Shown here one piece after another: positions 17,996 to 26,706 of a stretch of DNA of 51,176 nucleotides. How positions within the stretch are numbered: position 1 is the stretch's first letter; every line of letters starts with the position of its first letter. The notes under the pieces were generated by a model, which saw only the letters and a program-made list of their open reading frames with translations, searched no databases and had not been told where the DNA came from. The translations under genes and the position numbers were made by a program. Origin of the DNA: an uncultured Erysipelotrichaceae bacterium (GTDB taxonomy: Bacteria; Bacillota_I; Bacilli_A; RF39; UBA660); the NCBI GenBank assembly GCA_902767365.1, contig CACXGX010000089.1, positions 1 through 51,176 on the forward strand, read 5' to 3'.

Positions 17996-19393
17996 ATGAA
18001 AATAGGATTTTCGGTTGATACAAATATTCTTCAAGGAAAGAATTCAGAAAATACTGGATTTAAAAAAAATGTTAAATTTTTTTTAGATTACATAAAAGCA
18101 TTTAAACGAAAGGATAAAAGTAATGAATTAATTTTTTATCTAACTAGTTTAGTAAAAGATGAAGTATTAAATCATAAAAAAGAAAAAATGAATGAAGAAT
18201 ATAATAAGTTCTGTCAATGTTATGGGAATATTAAGTATTTTATTGATGGTGAGATACCTAGACAAAATATAGATAAAGTAATTGAAGAGGAACTTAAATT
18301 TTTAAATAAAGTAAATATATTATCATTACCAATGACACAAGAAATATTTGATGACATATTAAAAAGGTCAATTGAAAAAATACCCCCATTTTTAAAAAAC
18401 AATGGAGATTCTGGATTTAAAGATACTTTTATATGGGAAACTATACTTAATTCTAAAGAAATAGATGATTGTGATATTTTCTATTATTTTACTTGTGATA
18501 AAGATTTCATTAATGAAAATTTACAACAAAATTTTAGGCAATATCACAAGAATACGAAATTGAATATTATTTATATTGAAAATAATGATCAAAAACGACA
18601 AAATATTTTAACAGTATTAATCAATGATAATCATTTAATCGAAACAGATATAACAACTCTATTTAATGAAGAAGTTATCTTACCTTATATAAAAGAATTA
18701 CAATTTGAAAATATTGAAATAATGACGAGTGATAATACATTTGAAAAGGCATTAATTAATTATAATATGTTTTCATGCAGTGATTTTGATATTATTGATG
18801 TAGAAAAAATTGATAATAATACATATAATATTAAAATATACATCAAGACATACAATCATAGTAAAAAAATATTAATTCCTATTTATGGTGATATGAATAT
18901 GACTTTTCATAAAACATCTACAAATAAATTTAAACCTTTATCTCATAATGTATCAAATATGAAATACGGAACTATGATGATAGATAGATATATAAAAGAC
19001 TTAAATAAACTAACAGATTCTTTTTCAATTATTACAAATTCTCCAATATTTGAATTAAGCCAAAATATAGAAATATCTAATTTTAGTAAGGTTCTTGAAT
19101 CTACAGCTATTGAACTTCATAAGTATAATGAGCCAATAAAAATAATGACAAACAGTTTAATTAGTGCAACCAATCAGTTAAGTAATTATTGGAAAAATAT
19201 AAATGATTCTTTACCACATACATATTTTTTAAATAACTATTCTAAATATTTTGAATCTTGTAAAAGTAGCGATAATATTTTTAATGAACTTAAAAATATA
19301 AATGCATTCACAGATGGAATGTCTTCCCAAAATTTATCGACAAAAATAAACGATAATCAAGAAGATAAAGAAAAAGAAAATGATGAAAGGTAA
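17996..19393 (+). CDS. PIN-like (DUF4935-type) nuclease domain protein with ~250-aa unknown C-terminal region
   Basis: 465 aa; acidic PIN-type residues in SVDTNIL, VKDEVL, GDSGFKDTFIWETIL, FTCDKDF; own extended -10 (TGcTATATA, 17958-17966) and own terminator. Confidence 0.55.
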   Translation: MKIGFSVDTNILQGKNSENTGFKKNVKFFLDYIKAFKRKDKSNELIFYLTSLVKDEVLNHKKEKMNEEYNKFCQCYGNIKYFIDGEIPRQNIDKVIEEELKFLNKVNILSLPMTQEIFDDILKRSIEKIPPFLKNNGDSGFKDTFIWETILNSKEIDDCDIFYYFTCDKDFINENLQQNFRQYHKNTKLNIIYIENNDQKRQNILTVLINDNHLIETDITTLFNEEVILPYIKELQFENIEIMTSDNTFEKALINYNMFSCSDFDIIDVEKIDNNTYNIKIYIKTYNHSKKILIPIYGDMNMTFHKTSTNKFKPLSHNVSNMKYGTMMIDRYIKDLNKLTDSFSIITNSPIFELSQNIEISNFSKVLESTAIELHKYNEPIKIMTNSLISATNQLSNYWKNINDSLPHTYFLNNYSKYFESCKSSDNIFNELKNINAFTDGMSSQNLSTKINDNQEDKEKENDER

Positions 19394-19396
19394 ATA

Positions 19397-19419
19397 AAGT
19401 AGCATATGCTACTTTTTTT
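19397..19419 (+). terminator. rho-independent terminator between the PIN-like gene and the relaxase
   Basis: Palindromic AAGTAGCATATGCTACTT followed by a T-run. Confidence 0.6.
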
Positions 19420-19425
19420 GATATT

Positions 19426-20637
19426 ATGGCAACAACAAAAATATGGAAAATTACAAATAGTATAAACAAAGTAATAAATTATGTAAAAAATAATGAAAAA
19501 ACAATGAATGATAATTTAAAAGATGTTATAGACTATGCAAGAAATTCTGACAAAACTGAGAAAGAATTATATGTTAGTGGAATTAATTGTTTTTCATCTA
19601 GTGCTTATGATGAAATGCTTATGACAAAAAAAAGATTTAATAAAAATGATGGGATTTTAGCATATCATGGCTATCAATCTTTCAAGGAAGATGAAGTAAA
19701 TCCCAAAATAGCTCATGAAATAGGAATTAAATTAGCAGAAGAAATGTGGGGTGATAAATATGAAGTATTAGTAACAACTCATTTAAATACAAAACATATT
19801 CATAATCATTTTGTAGTAAACTCAGTATCTTTTGTTGATGGTAAGAAATATAATAGTTGTAGAACAAGTACTGCTGAGTTTAGAAAATTAAATGATTTGA
19901 TATGTGATGAATATGGTTTAAGTGTGTTAGAAGAGAAAAAAACAAAAAGTGGAATCAATTTTACAAATTACCAAATAAAACTTAATAATTCTAGTTATTC
20001 AAAACAAACAAAATTGGATGTAGATTTAGCAATAGCTCTAGCATCATCATATAGCGAATTTTTAACAATTATGGAAAATATGAATTATGAGATATATGTT
20101 AGAGCAAATAAATTAAGTGTTAGAAATATGAATTATAAACGAAATATTAGAATAGAAAGACAGTTTGGTAAAGATTACACAATAGAAAATATAAAAAAAC
20201 AAATTGTAGGTATATATTTACCTGAAAAAAATAAAGTCTATAGTAATTATTTTAAAAGAGATAATACTATAGATTTTTTATTTCAAATGAATCTAAAAGG
20301 ATTAGCAAAATCTTACATAAGATATTTAAAACTTTTAGATAAATATCCAAAGTATATAAAAAAACATAAAGTATCTTACGAACTTCAAAAAGATATTTAT
20401 AAAATGGAAGAAATCAGTAAAGAAACTATTTTATTAGTAGATAATAAAATAGAAACTAAAGAAGATTTTGAAAAATATTATCATTTTATTGAACAACAAT
20501 TGACTGAGAAGAAAATAAATAGAAAAGAACTTGTTGAAAAGAAAAAAATATGTGATCGAATACGAGAAAGGTGTTCAAGAGTTGAAGATATAGTTAAAGA
20601 AACAGAAAAGGAAGTGATGATAAGTGAACTCAAGTGA
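19426..20637 (+). CDS. conjugative relaxase (relaxase/mobilisation nuclease domain)
   Basis: N-terminus MATTKIWKI.., His-triad motif HLNTKHIHNHFVVNSVS; 403 aa. Confidence 0.85.
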   Translation: MATTKIWKITNSINKVINYVKNNEKTMNDNLKDVIDYARNSDKTEKELYVSGINCFSSSAYDEMLMTKKRFNKNDGILAYHGYQSFKEDEVNPKIAHEIGIKLAEEMWGDKYEVLVTTHLNTKHIHNHFVVNSVSFVDGKKYNSCRTSTAEFRKLNDLICDEYGLSVLEEKKTKSGINFTNYQIKLNNSSYSKQTKLDVDLAIALASSYSEFLTIMENMNYEIYVRANKLSVRNMNYKRNIRIERQFGKDYTIENIKKQIVGIYLPEKNKVYSNYFKRDNTIDFLFQMNLKGLAKSYIRYLKLLDKYPKYIKKHKVSYELQKDIYKMEEISKETILLVDNKIETKEDFEKYYHFIEQQLTEKKINRKELVEKKKICDRIRERCSRVEDIVKETEKEVMISELK

Positions 20638-21322
20638 ATCAGCAGAACAAATTGTACGAATGTATTTACAGGGATTTGAAGTAGCTGCAAAAATAACAGG
20701 TAGAGGTGCAGAAAGAGTAGGAGCACTTCTTTTAGCAGTAATGAAAGATAAAAACAAAAGCAAAGGGAAAACCAGGCTCAATAGCATGCTTAAATCAGGA
20801 AAAGAATTAAAAGTTTTTTCAATTAAGAAGACAGAACTAAAGAAATTTAAAGAAGAAGCTAAAAGATATGGAGTTCTCTATAGTGCTTTAATAGATAAGA
20901 AAGACAAAGATGGAATATGCGATATCATGGTTAGAAGTGAAGATGCAGCAAAAATAAATAGAATTGTTGAAAGGTTTAAATTATCTAACTATGATGAAGT
21001 AGCTATAAGAAGTGAAATAGAGAAAACAAAAGAGGAACGAGAGAAGAAAAAGAAAAAAGAAAAAGTAGATAAGAGAATTAAAGAAGAACTTTCAAAAGGA
21101 GAAGATATAAACCCCCATTTGGCAACAACAGAAAAAAACCCTCTGTTAGAGCATTCCTTGAAAACGCAAGAAACTTTGGAAAAGGGTAGTAGGAATAAGA
21201 ATAAACCTTCAGTAAGAAAAAAGCTTGAAAAGGCTAGAATTGAAGTAAGTTTAAGAGAAAAATCCAAGGTCAAAGCCAAAGTAGAAAAACCAAAAGAAAG
21301 AAAAAAGGTAAAATCTAGGTGA
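20624..21322 (+). CDS. PcfB-family (DUF3801) conjugation protein
   Basis: N-terminus ..AEQIVRMYLQGFEVAAKITGRGAERVGALLLAV.. and ..RYGVLYSAL..D..V..EDAAKINRIVERF are typical of PcfB; K/E-rich tail. Confidence 0.7.
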   Translation: MNSSESAEQIVRMYLQGFEVAAKITGRGAERVGALLLAVMKDKNKSKGKTRLNSMLKSGKELKVFSIKKTELKKFKEEAKRYGVLYSALIDKKDKDGICDIMVRSEDAAKINRIVERFKLSNYDEVAIRSEIEKTKEEREKKKKKEKVDKRIKEELSKGEDINPHLATTEKNPLLEHSLKTQETLEKGSRNKNKPSVRKKLEKARIEVSLREKSKVKAKVEKPKERKKVKSR

Positions 21323-21522
21323 AAAAAGAATTATACAAAGTAATTGAAATGGATAGAGAAGAATATGGGATCGTAATAAATGCTCTTAATGAAATGAGAA
21401 AAAAACTATTAAAAGAAGAAAAAGAAACTGAGATTTTAGATGAACTTCTTTTAAAAGTATTAGATGCACCAGAAAAAAAGAGATATTTTAAAAGAGATGA
21501 TTATATTGAAGAAAGATCATGA
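21319..21522 (+). CDS. small hypothetical protein (67 aa) in the transfer operon
   Basis: ORF track; GTG start overlaps the pcfB stop. Confidence 0.45.
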   Translation: MKKELYKVIEMDREEYGIVINALNEMRKKLLKEEKETEILDELLLKVLDAPEKKRYFKRDDYIEERS

Positions 21523-23326
21523 TAGATTATTATATATTTTAGGTAGTATTCCAGTAGTATGGATATCTCTTTTAGTCGCACCATCAATAAACGGAGGACT
21601 TTCAAAGGTAATAAAGGATTTTTCAAAAATAATGGAAAATCCTTTTTACATTAAATGGTGTAGTGAATCAATAAAGACTATTTTTCTTTTTATTGGTGTA
21701 TATATAATTACGATTATTATTTATTTATCAACTAAAAAAAACTATAGAAAAAAAGAAGAGCATGGAAGTGCAAAATGGGGAAATAGCAAAAAGATAAATA
21801 AAAAATATAAACAACATCCATTTTCATCTAATAAAATATTAACCAAAAATGTTTGTATCGGATATAATGGTAGAATTCATAGAAGAAATCTAAATACATT
21901 AATAATTGGAGGATCTGGAGCTGGAAAAACAAGATTTTATGCAAAACCAAATGTGATGCAAGCAAACACTACATTGATTGTGTTAGATCCAAAAGGGGAA
22001 ATATTAAGAGATGAAGGATATTTGCTTGAAAAAAACGGATATTCAATTAAAGTATTGGATTTAATAAACATGGAGAAAAGTCATTGCTATAATCCTTTTG
22101 TTTATCTTCAAACTGATAATGATGTTCAAAAGTTAGTAACAAATCTATTTAAAGCTACAACACCTAAAGGTTCAACCACTCAAGATCCATTTTGGGATAC
22201 TGCTGCTGAAATGCTTTTATTATCATTGATGTTTTATCTTTGGCATGAGGCACCAGAAGAAGAACAAAATTTTCCAATGGTAATGGAGATGTTAAGATCT
22301 GGAGATGTTAAAGAAGATGATGATAGTTATATAAGTCCACTTGATTTATTATTTAATCAGCTAGAAGCAGAAACACCCAATCATATTGCACTGAAATATT
22401 ATAGATTGTATAGAAAAGGACCTGCAAAAACAATTAAGTCTATTCAAATAACTCTTGCATCAAGACTTGAGAAATTTAATCTAGAAAGTTTAATAAGTCT
22501 TACACAAACAGATGAGCTAGAACTATCAACTATTGGAGAAAAGAAAACCGCTTTATTTGCAATTATTCCAGATAATGATAGCTCATTTAATTTTCTTGTA
22601 AGTATCTTATATATTCAATTATTTCAACAACTCTTTTATATAGCTGATAACAAATATGGTGGAAGATTGCCAATGCATGTTCATTTTTTAATGGATGAGT
22701 TTGCAAATGTAAGTTTACCAGATGACTTTGACAAAATATTAAGTGTAATGAGATCTAGAGAAGTATCTGTATCAATTATTTTGCAAAACTTAGCACAATT
22801 AAAAGCACTTTTTGAAAAGCAATATGATTCAATAATTGGTAATTGTGATGAATTTTTATATTTGGGTGGCAATGAACAATCAACACATAAATATGTTTCG
22901 GAACTATTAGGAAAAGAGACAATAGATTTAAATACATATGGAAAAAGTAGTGGCCATTCTGGTAACTATTCAACTAATTATCAGATAACAGGAAGAGAAT
23001 TATTAACACCAGATGAAGTTAGAATGATAGATAATGATTATGCGCTTCTTTTTATAAGAGGAGAAAGACCTATAATGGATTTAAAATATGATATTTTAAA
23101 ACATCCAAATGTTTCATTATCACATGATGGAAATCAAAGTGTATATATTCATGGCAATACAAATGAATCGATTGCAACAATCAATTTAGATTTTTCTGAT
23201 ATTAAAAAATTAGTTAAAGAAGAAAAACCAAGTAAAAAAAGTATTTTAGATGATTATGATTTAGTATCATCAGAAGATATTGATAATTATTTTAAAGAGA
23301 AAGAAGGTAAGAATAATGAAAAATAA
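21464..23326 (+). CDS. type IV coupling protein (VirD4/TraG family)
   Basis: Two N-terminal TM segments, Walker A IGGSGAGKT, Walker B-like FLMDEFAN; the exact start is uncertain (alternative ATG 21497). Confidence 0.9.
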   Translation: MHQKKRDILKEMIILKKDHDRLLYILGSIPVVWISLLVAPSINGGLSKVIKDFSKIMENPFYIKWCSESIKTIFLFIGVYIITIIIYLSTKKNYRKKEEHGSAKWGNSKKINKKYKQHPFSSNKILTKNVCIGYNGRIHRRNLNTLIIGGSGAGKTRFYAKPNVMQANTTLIVLDPKGEILRDEGYLLEKNGYSIKVLDLINMEKSHCYNPFVYLQTDNDVQKLVTNLFKATTPKGSTTQDPFWDTAAEMLLLSLMFYLWHEAPEEEQNFPMVMEMLRSGDVKEDDDSYISPLDLLFNQLEAETPNHIALKYYRLYRKGPAKTIKSIQITLASRLEKFNLESLISLTQTDELELSTIGEKKTALFAIIPDNDSSFNFLVSILYIQLFQQLFYIADNKYGGRLPMHVHFLMDEFANVSLPDDFDKILSVMRSREVSVSIILQNLAQLKALFEKQYDSIIGNCDEFLYLGGNEQSTHKYVSELLGKETIDLNTYGKSSGHSGNYSTNYQITGRELLTPDEVRMIDNDYALLFIRGERPIMDLKYDILKHPNVSLSHDGNQSVYIHGNTNESIATINLDFSDIKKLVKEEKPSKKSILDDYDLVSSEDIDNYFKEKEGKNNEK

Positions 23327-23639
23327 TATTAATGACAAAAAGAGAAATAAAATTTTAAAGGCATTATTAATATGTCTTTTAATTTTGGGAATTATTTCAT
23401 CAAACATAATTGTATTTGCAGCAGAGGAAGATCCATTACAAGTAGTTAATAATTTATCAGATTTTATATTTGGGCTTATAAGAGCAATAGGAATGATTAT
23501 TTTAGGATTTTCAGTAGTACAAATAGGGCTTTCGATTAAGAGTCACGATGCAAGTCAAAGAGCAAACGGGTTCTTAACTTTTGCTGGAGGACTATTTATA
23601 ACATTTGCAAAAGATATTCTGGATTTTATAACTAAATAA
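23316..23639 (+). CDS. Maff2-family small membrane protein (pilin/VirB2-like position)
   Basis: 107 aa from ATG 23316 (SD GAAGG); signal/TM plus a second TM; immediately after the coupling protein, as in Tn1549/CTn-type elements. Confidence 0.6.
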   Translation: MKNNINDKKRNKILKALLICLLILGIISSNIIVFAAEEDPLQVVNNLSDFIFGLIRAIGMIILGFSVVQIGLSIKSHDASQRANGFLTFAGGLFITFAKDILDFITK

Positions 23640-23653
23640 GGAAGTGATTTTGG

Positions 23654-24490
23654 ATGAGTGATAACTGGATTGTACAAAATATTCAAAATGCACTTGATAC
23701 TTGGAACTCTAAACTTGCAGAGATTTGGAATTTAGTAACACAAACACCAGAGACATTTAAGGGAGGAACAATTTGGAAAGTAATAACAACAATACATGGT
23801 GGTGTACAAGCAATAGGACTTGCCCTTTTAGTATTATTCTTTGTAATTGGTGTAATGAAAACTTGTGGCTCTTTTGCAGAAGTAAAAAAACCAGAACATG
23901 CAGTAAAACTATTTATAAGATTTGCAATATCTAAAATAGTAGTTACTTATGGACTTAATTTAATGTTAGCTATTTTTAGTATTTCACAAGGAATAGTTAC
24001 AAAAGTAATATCTTTATCAAGTATTACTGGATCTACAAATTCTGTTATACCAACATCAATAGTAGATGCAATTGAAGATTGTGGTTTTTTTGAATCAATT
24101 CCATTATGGGCAGTTACCTTAATAGGTGGACTTGTTGTAACAGTATTATCTTTTATAATGATAATGACCGTTTATGGAAGATTTTTTAAATTATATCTTT
24201 ATACAGCACTTGCACCAGTGCCACTTTCAACATTTGCTGGAGAACCAACTCAAAGTGTTGGAAAAAGTTTTTTAAAAAGTTATTCAGCAGTATGTTTAGA
24301 AGGTGTAATAATTGTATTATCTTGTATTATTTTTTCACTCTTTGCAAGTTCTCCACCAGTTGTAAATGTAGATGCTTCAGCAGTAAATCAAGTATGGAGT
24401 TATATTGGAGAATTAGTATTTAATATGTTAGTTTTAGTTGGAACAATAAAATTGTCAGATAGAGTTGTAAGAGAGATGATGGGATTATAA
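23654..24490 (+). CDS. polytopic T4SS membrane protein (TrbL/VirB6-like, CD1112-type)
   Basis: 278 aa with about 6 hydrophobic helices; conserved position in the Firmicute T4SS operon. Confidence 0.7.
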   Translation: MSDNWIVQNIQNALDTWNSKLAEIWNLVTQTPETFKGGTIWKVITTIHGGVQAIGLALLVLFFVIGVMKTCGSFAEVKKPEHAVKLFIRFAISKIVVTYGLNLMLAIFSISQGIVTKVISLSSITGSTNSVIPTSIVDAIEDCGFFESIPLWAVTLIGGLVVTVLSFIMIMTVYGRFFKLYLYTALAPVPLSTFAGEPTQSVGKSFLKSYSAVCLEGVIIVLSCIIFSLFASSPPVVNVDASAVNQVWSYIGELVFNMLVLVGTIKLSDRVVREMMGL

Positions 24491-24526
24491 AATATGATAT
24501 AATAATATTGAGAGGAATGATTATTA

Positions 24527-25201
24527 ATGAAAAAGGAAAGAAGTAAAATAATAATAGATTTAATTAGAAATAATATTGATGTTCTGCAAGCACTTCAAAG
24601 CCTTGACTTAATGCTAGAGGATATAAACGATAAAGAAATCAAAGATTGGGTTAATAAAGAACTTAATGGATATGATGTAAAAGATAAAATACCAAAATAT
24701 AGGTGTGTAACTTGTGTGTTGAAGGGGGACATACAAATTGGATATAATATTTATTATGATATGGTAATTCCGTTGACAGATAAAAAACTATCTGAAAAAT
24801 GTAATAATTATCAAATAATTGAGCCTATTTCCATCGTTAAACAATATTCAATTGCTGAAAATGAAATAAAAAATCACTCATTGTCAATTGATACAAATGT
24901 AAGCGTAGTAGATCAATATAGTGCCACTTCTGGAGAAGTAATTAGAGCTCATAGAGAATTAAGTATGTATTCATTTAATAATGTTTTATCTATAATAAAG
25001 GATAAACTATTAAAAATTTTTAAATTGCTAGAAGATAATTATGGGAATTTAGATAATTTATATATAGATTTTTCTGATAAAGAAAAAGAGAAAAAATCAA
25101 TAAATCAAATATTTAAAATAATATATAATGATAACTCGAAAAAAATAGGAGACAATAATATAATAAAGGGTTCGGTTATAGGTGATGAGAATGAAAATTA
25201 G
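24527..25201 (+). CDS. AbiTii-domain-like protein (abortive-infection family), cargo inside the T4SS operon
   Basis: N-terminal pattern ..DWVNKELNGYDVKDKIPKYRCV.. resembles the AbiTii signature (W..ELNGY......P.YR); assigned from memory of the family, not searched. Confidence 0.4.
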   Translation: MKKERSKIIIDLIRNNIDVLQALQSLDLMLEDINDKEIKDWVNKELNGYDVKDKIPKYRCVTCVLKGDIQIGYNIYYDMVIPLTDKKLSEKCNNYQIIEPISIVKQYSIAENEIKNHSLSIDTNVSVVDQYSATSGEVIRAHRELSMYSFNNVLSIIKDKLLKIFKLLEDNYGNLDNLYIDFSDKEKEKKSINQIFKIIYNDNSKKIGDNNIIKGSVIGDENEN

Positions 25202-25346
25202 GATTGGGAATAATAATACAATAAAAAAATCAAATATTGGAAATAATAAAATTGAAGCAAAAGAGAATATTATTACATCAATTATAATTCCTATCATAAC
25301 TGGATTAATTATTGCTGGAATCGTCTTTTATTTAGGATGGAATTAG
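25191..25346 (+). CDS. 51-aa tail-anchored peptide overlapping the AbiTii-like stop (probable detached C-terminus)
   Basis: MKIRIGNNNTIKKSNIGNNK..IIIPIITGLIIAGIVFYLGWN. Its N-terminus repeats the IGDNNIIKGSVIGD motif that ends the upstream ORF; it overlaps that ORF by 11 nt in another frame. Confidence 0.4.
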   Translation: MKIRIGNNNTIKKSNIGNNKIEAKENIITSIIIPIITGLIIAGIVFYLGWN

Positions 25347-25388
25347 TTTTGACGTTAGTTGATATTTATAAAGCATCATATAAAAATG

Positions 25389-25412
25389 AAGAGTTTTTGT
25401 AAACTCTTTTTT
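25389..25412 (+). terminator. rho-independent terminator
   Basis: AAGAGTTT-ttgt-AAACTCTT followed by a T-run. Confidence 0.55.
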
Positions 25413-25427
25413 GTGGAGGTGAAATAA

Positions 25428-25805
25428 TTGAAAATTAAAGGATTACTGGTAGAACCTTATAAACTACCAAATGAAATAGAAATAGAAAATACACTTGATA
25501 ATTTGCAAAAATTAGTTGATGGATATATAGAATGTGTATATCTACCAAAAGATAATGATGTAATACTTATTTGTAATGATGAAGGTAAAATAAATAATAT
25601 GCCTTTAAATAGAGATATAGGATACGACATAATTGCCGGTCCTTTTTTAATTGTAGGAAACGATTATGAAAATGCTGATTTCAAATCATTAACAGATGAA
25701 CAAATACTTAAATATAAAATTAGATTTGATAGAAATAGTATTAAAGAAACAGAGAATAAAATAATGTCAATATTATTAAATAGTAAAAAAGAGAGAGAAA
25801 GGTAG
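25428..25805 (+). CDS. DUF3846-family conjugative-element protein
   Basis: MKIKGLLVEPYKLPNEIEIENTLDNLQKLVDGYIECVYL..ILICNDEGKINNMPLNR is the typical DUF3846 pattern. Confidence 0.65.
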   Translation: MKIKGLLVEPYKLPNEIEIENTLDNLQKLVDGYIECVYLPKDNDVILICNDEGKINNMPLNRDIGYDIIAGPFLIVGNDYENADFKSLTDEQILKYKIRFDRNSIKETENKIMSILLNSKKERER

Positions 25806-25813
25806 TGATTTAA

Positions 25814-26335
25814 TTGAGAAAACAATATGAAGATTTTACACAATTAAAATTAAAAGATATGAGTAAAAGTATAAGTGATATGACATATAAATATATTAAT
25901 CCAGAAACAGAAAAACCAACAGTAGTTCCTGCTAACCATTATGAAAAAATATTAGACCAGGTTACAGAAAAATATATGAGTGAAATAACATCAAGGCAAT
26001 TTCTAAATATTATGTACAATCAATTAAGTTCCTTAAAAAAAGAAGACGAAAAATACTTTCAAGAAGCCCTATTATGTATAGATCTAGGACTTAATCCAAA
26101 AGACTTAAGACTTGATGAACAAATAGCTCTTGATTATACATCACATTTTGTTGATGAAAAGAAAGACTTTGAAAAGAAAAATTTTCATTTTTTAGGTAAT
26201 GATATAGTTGAAGCTTTTAAAAATGCTAAAAGTGATCCGAGTTTACAAGCAGAATATATTAGAGAATCTAATGATGTTGAAGATAAGGAAAATGACGCAT
26301 TTAATCAAAAAAATTATGAAAGAAGTGAAAGATAG
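25814..26335 (+). CDS. hypothetical protein (173 aa) in the T4SS operon
   Basis: ORF track; TTG start; no recognised motif. Confidence 0.45.
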   Translation: MRKQYEDFTQLKLKDMSKSISDMTYKYINPETEKPTVVPANHYEKILDQVTEKYMSEITSRQFLNIMYNQLSSLKKEDEKYFQEALLCIDLGLNPKDLRLDEQIALDYTSHFVDEKKDFEKKNFHFLGNDIVEAFKNAKSDPSLQAEYIRESNDVEDKENDAFNQKNYERSER

Positions 26336-26706
26336 TGGAAGTTAAGATAAATAAAGAAATAAGAGACTATACAGAAAAAGTATATTTTGGACTGTCATTA
26401 AGACAGTTCATTTTTTCATTACTTGCCTGTGTAGTTGCGGTAGTAGTGTACTTCTTATTAAAATCTTATTTTGGCATAGAAACACTATCTTGGATATGTA
26501 TATTATGTGCTTTCCCATTTGCAGCTTTAGGTTTTATTAAATATAACAAAATGAACGCTGAAGACTTTGCTATAGCATTTGTAAAATCAAAAATATTAAC
26601 ACCAAAACATTTAACATTTAAATCAAAAAATCTTTATTACGAAATAATGAAGGAAGGAGATGGTAAGAAAAATGTTAAATCTAAAAAAAATACTAAAAAA
26701 GGATAA
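26335..26706 (+). CDS. PrgI-family (VirB3-like) T4SS membrane protein
   Basis: 123 aa, two TM helices, directly upstream of and overlapping virB4. Confidence 0.6.
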   Translation: MEVKINKEIRDYTEKVYFGLSLRQFIFSLLACVVAVVVYFLLKSYFGIETLSWICILCAFPFAALGFIKYNKMNAEDFAIAFVKSKILTPKHLTFKSKNLYYEIMKEGDGKKNVKSKKNTKKG

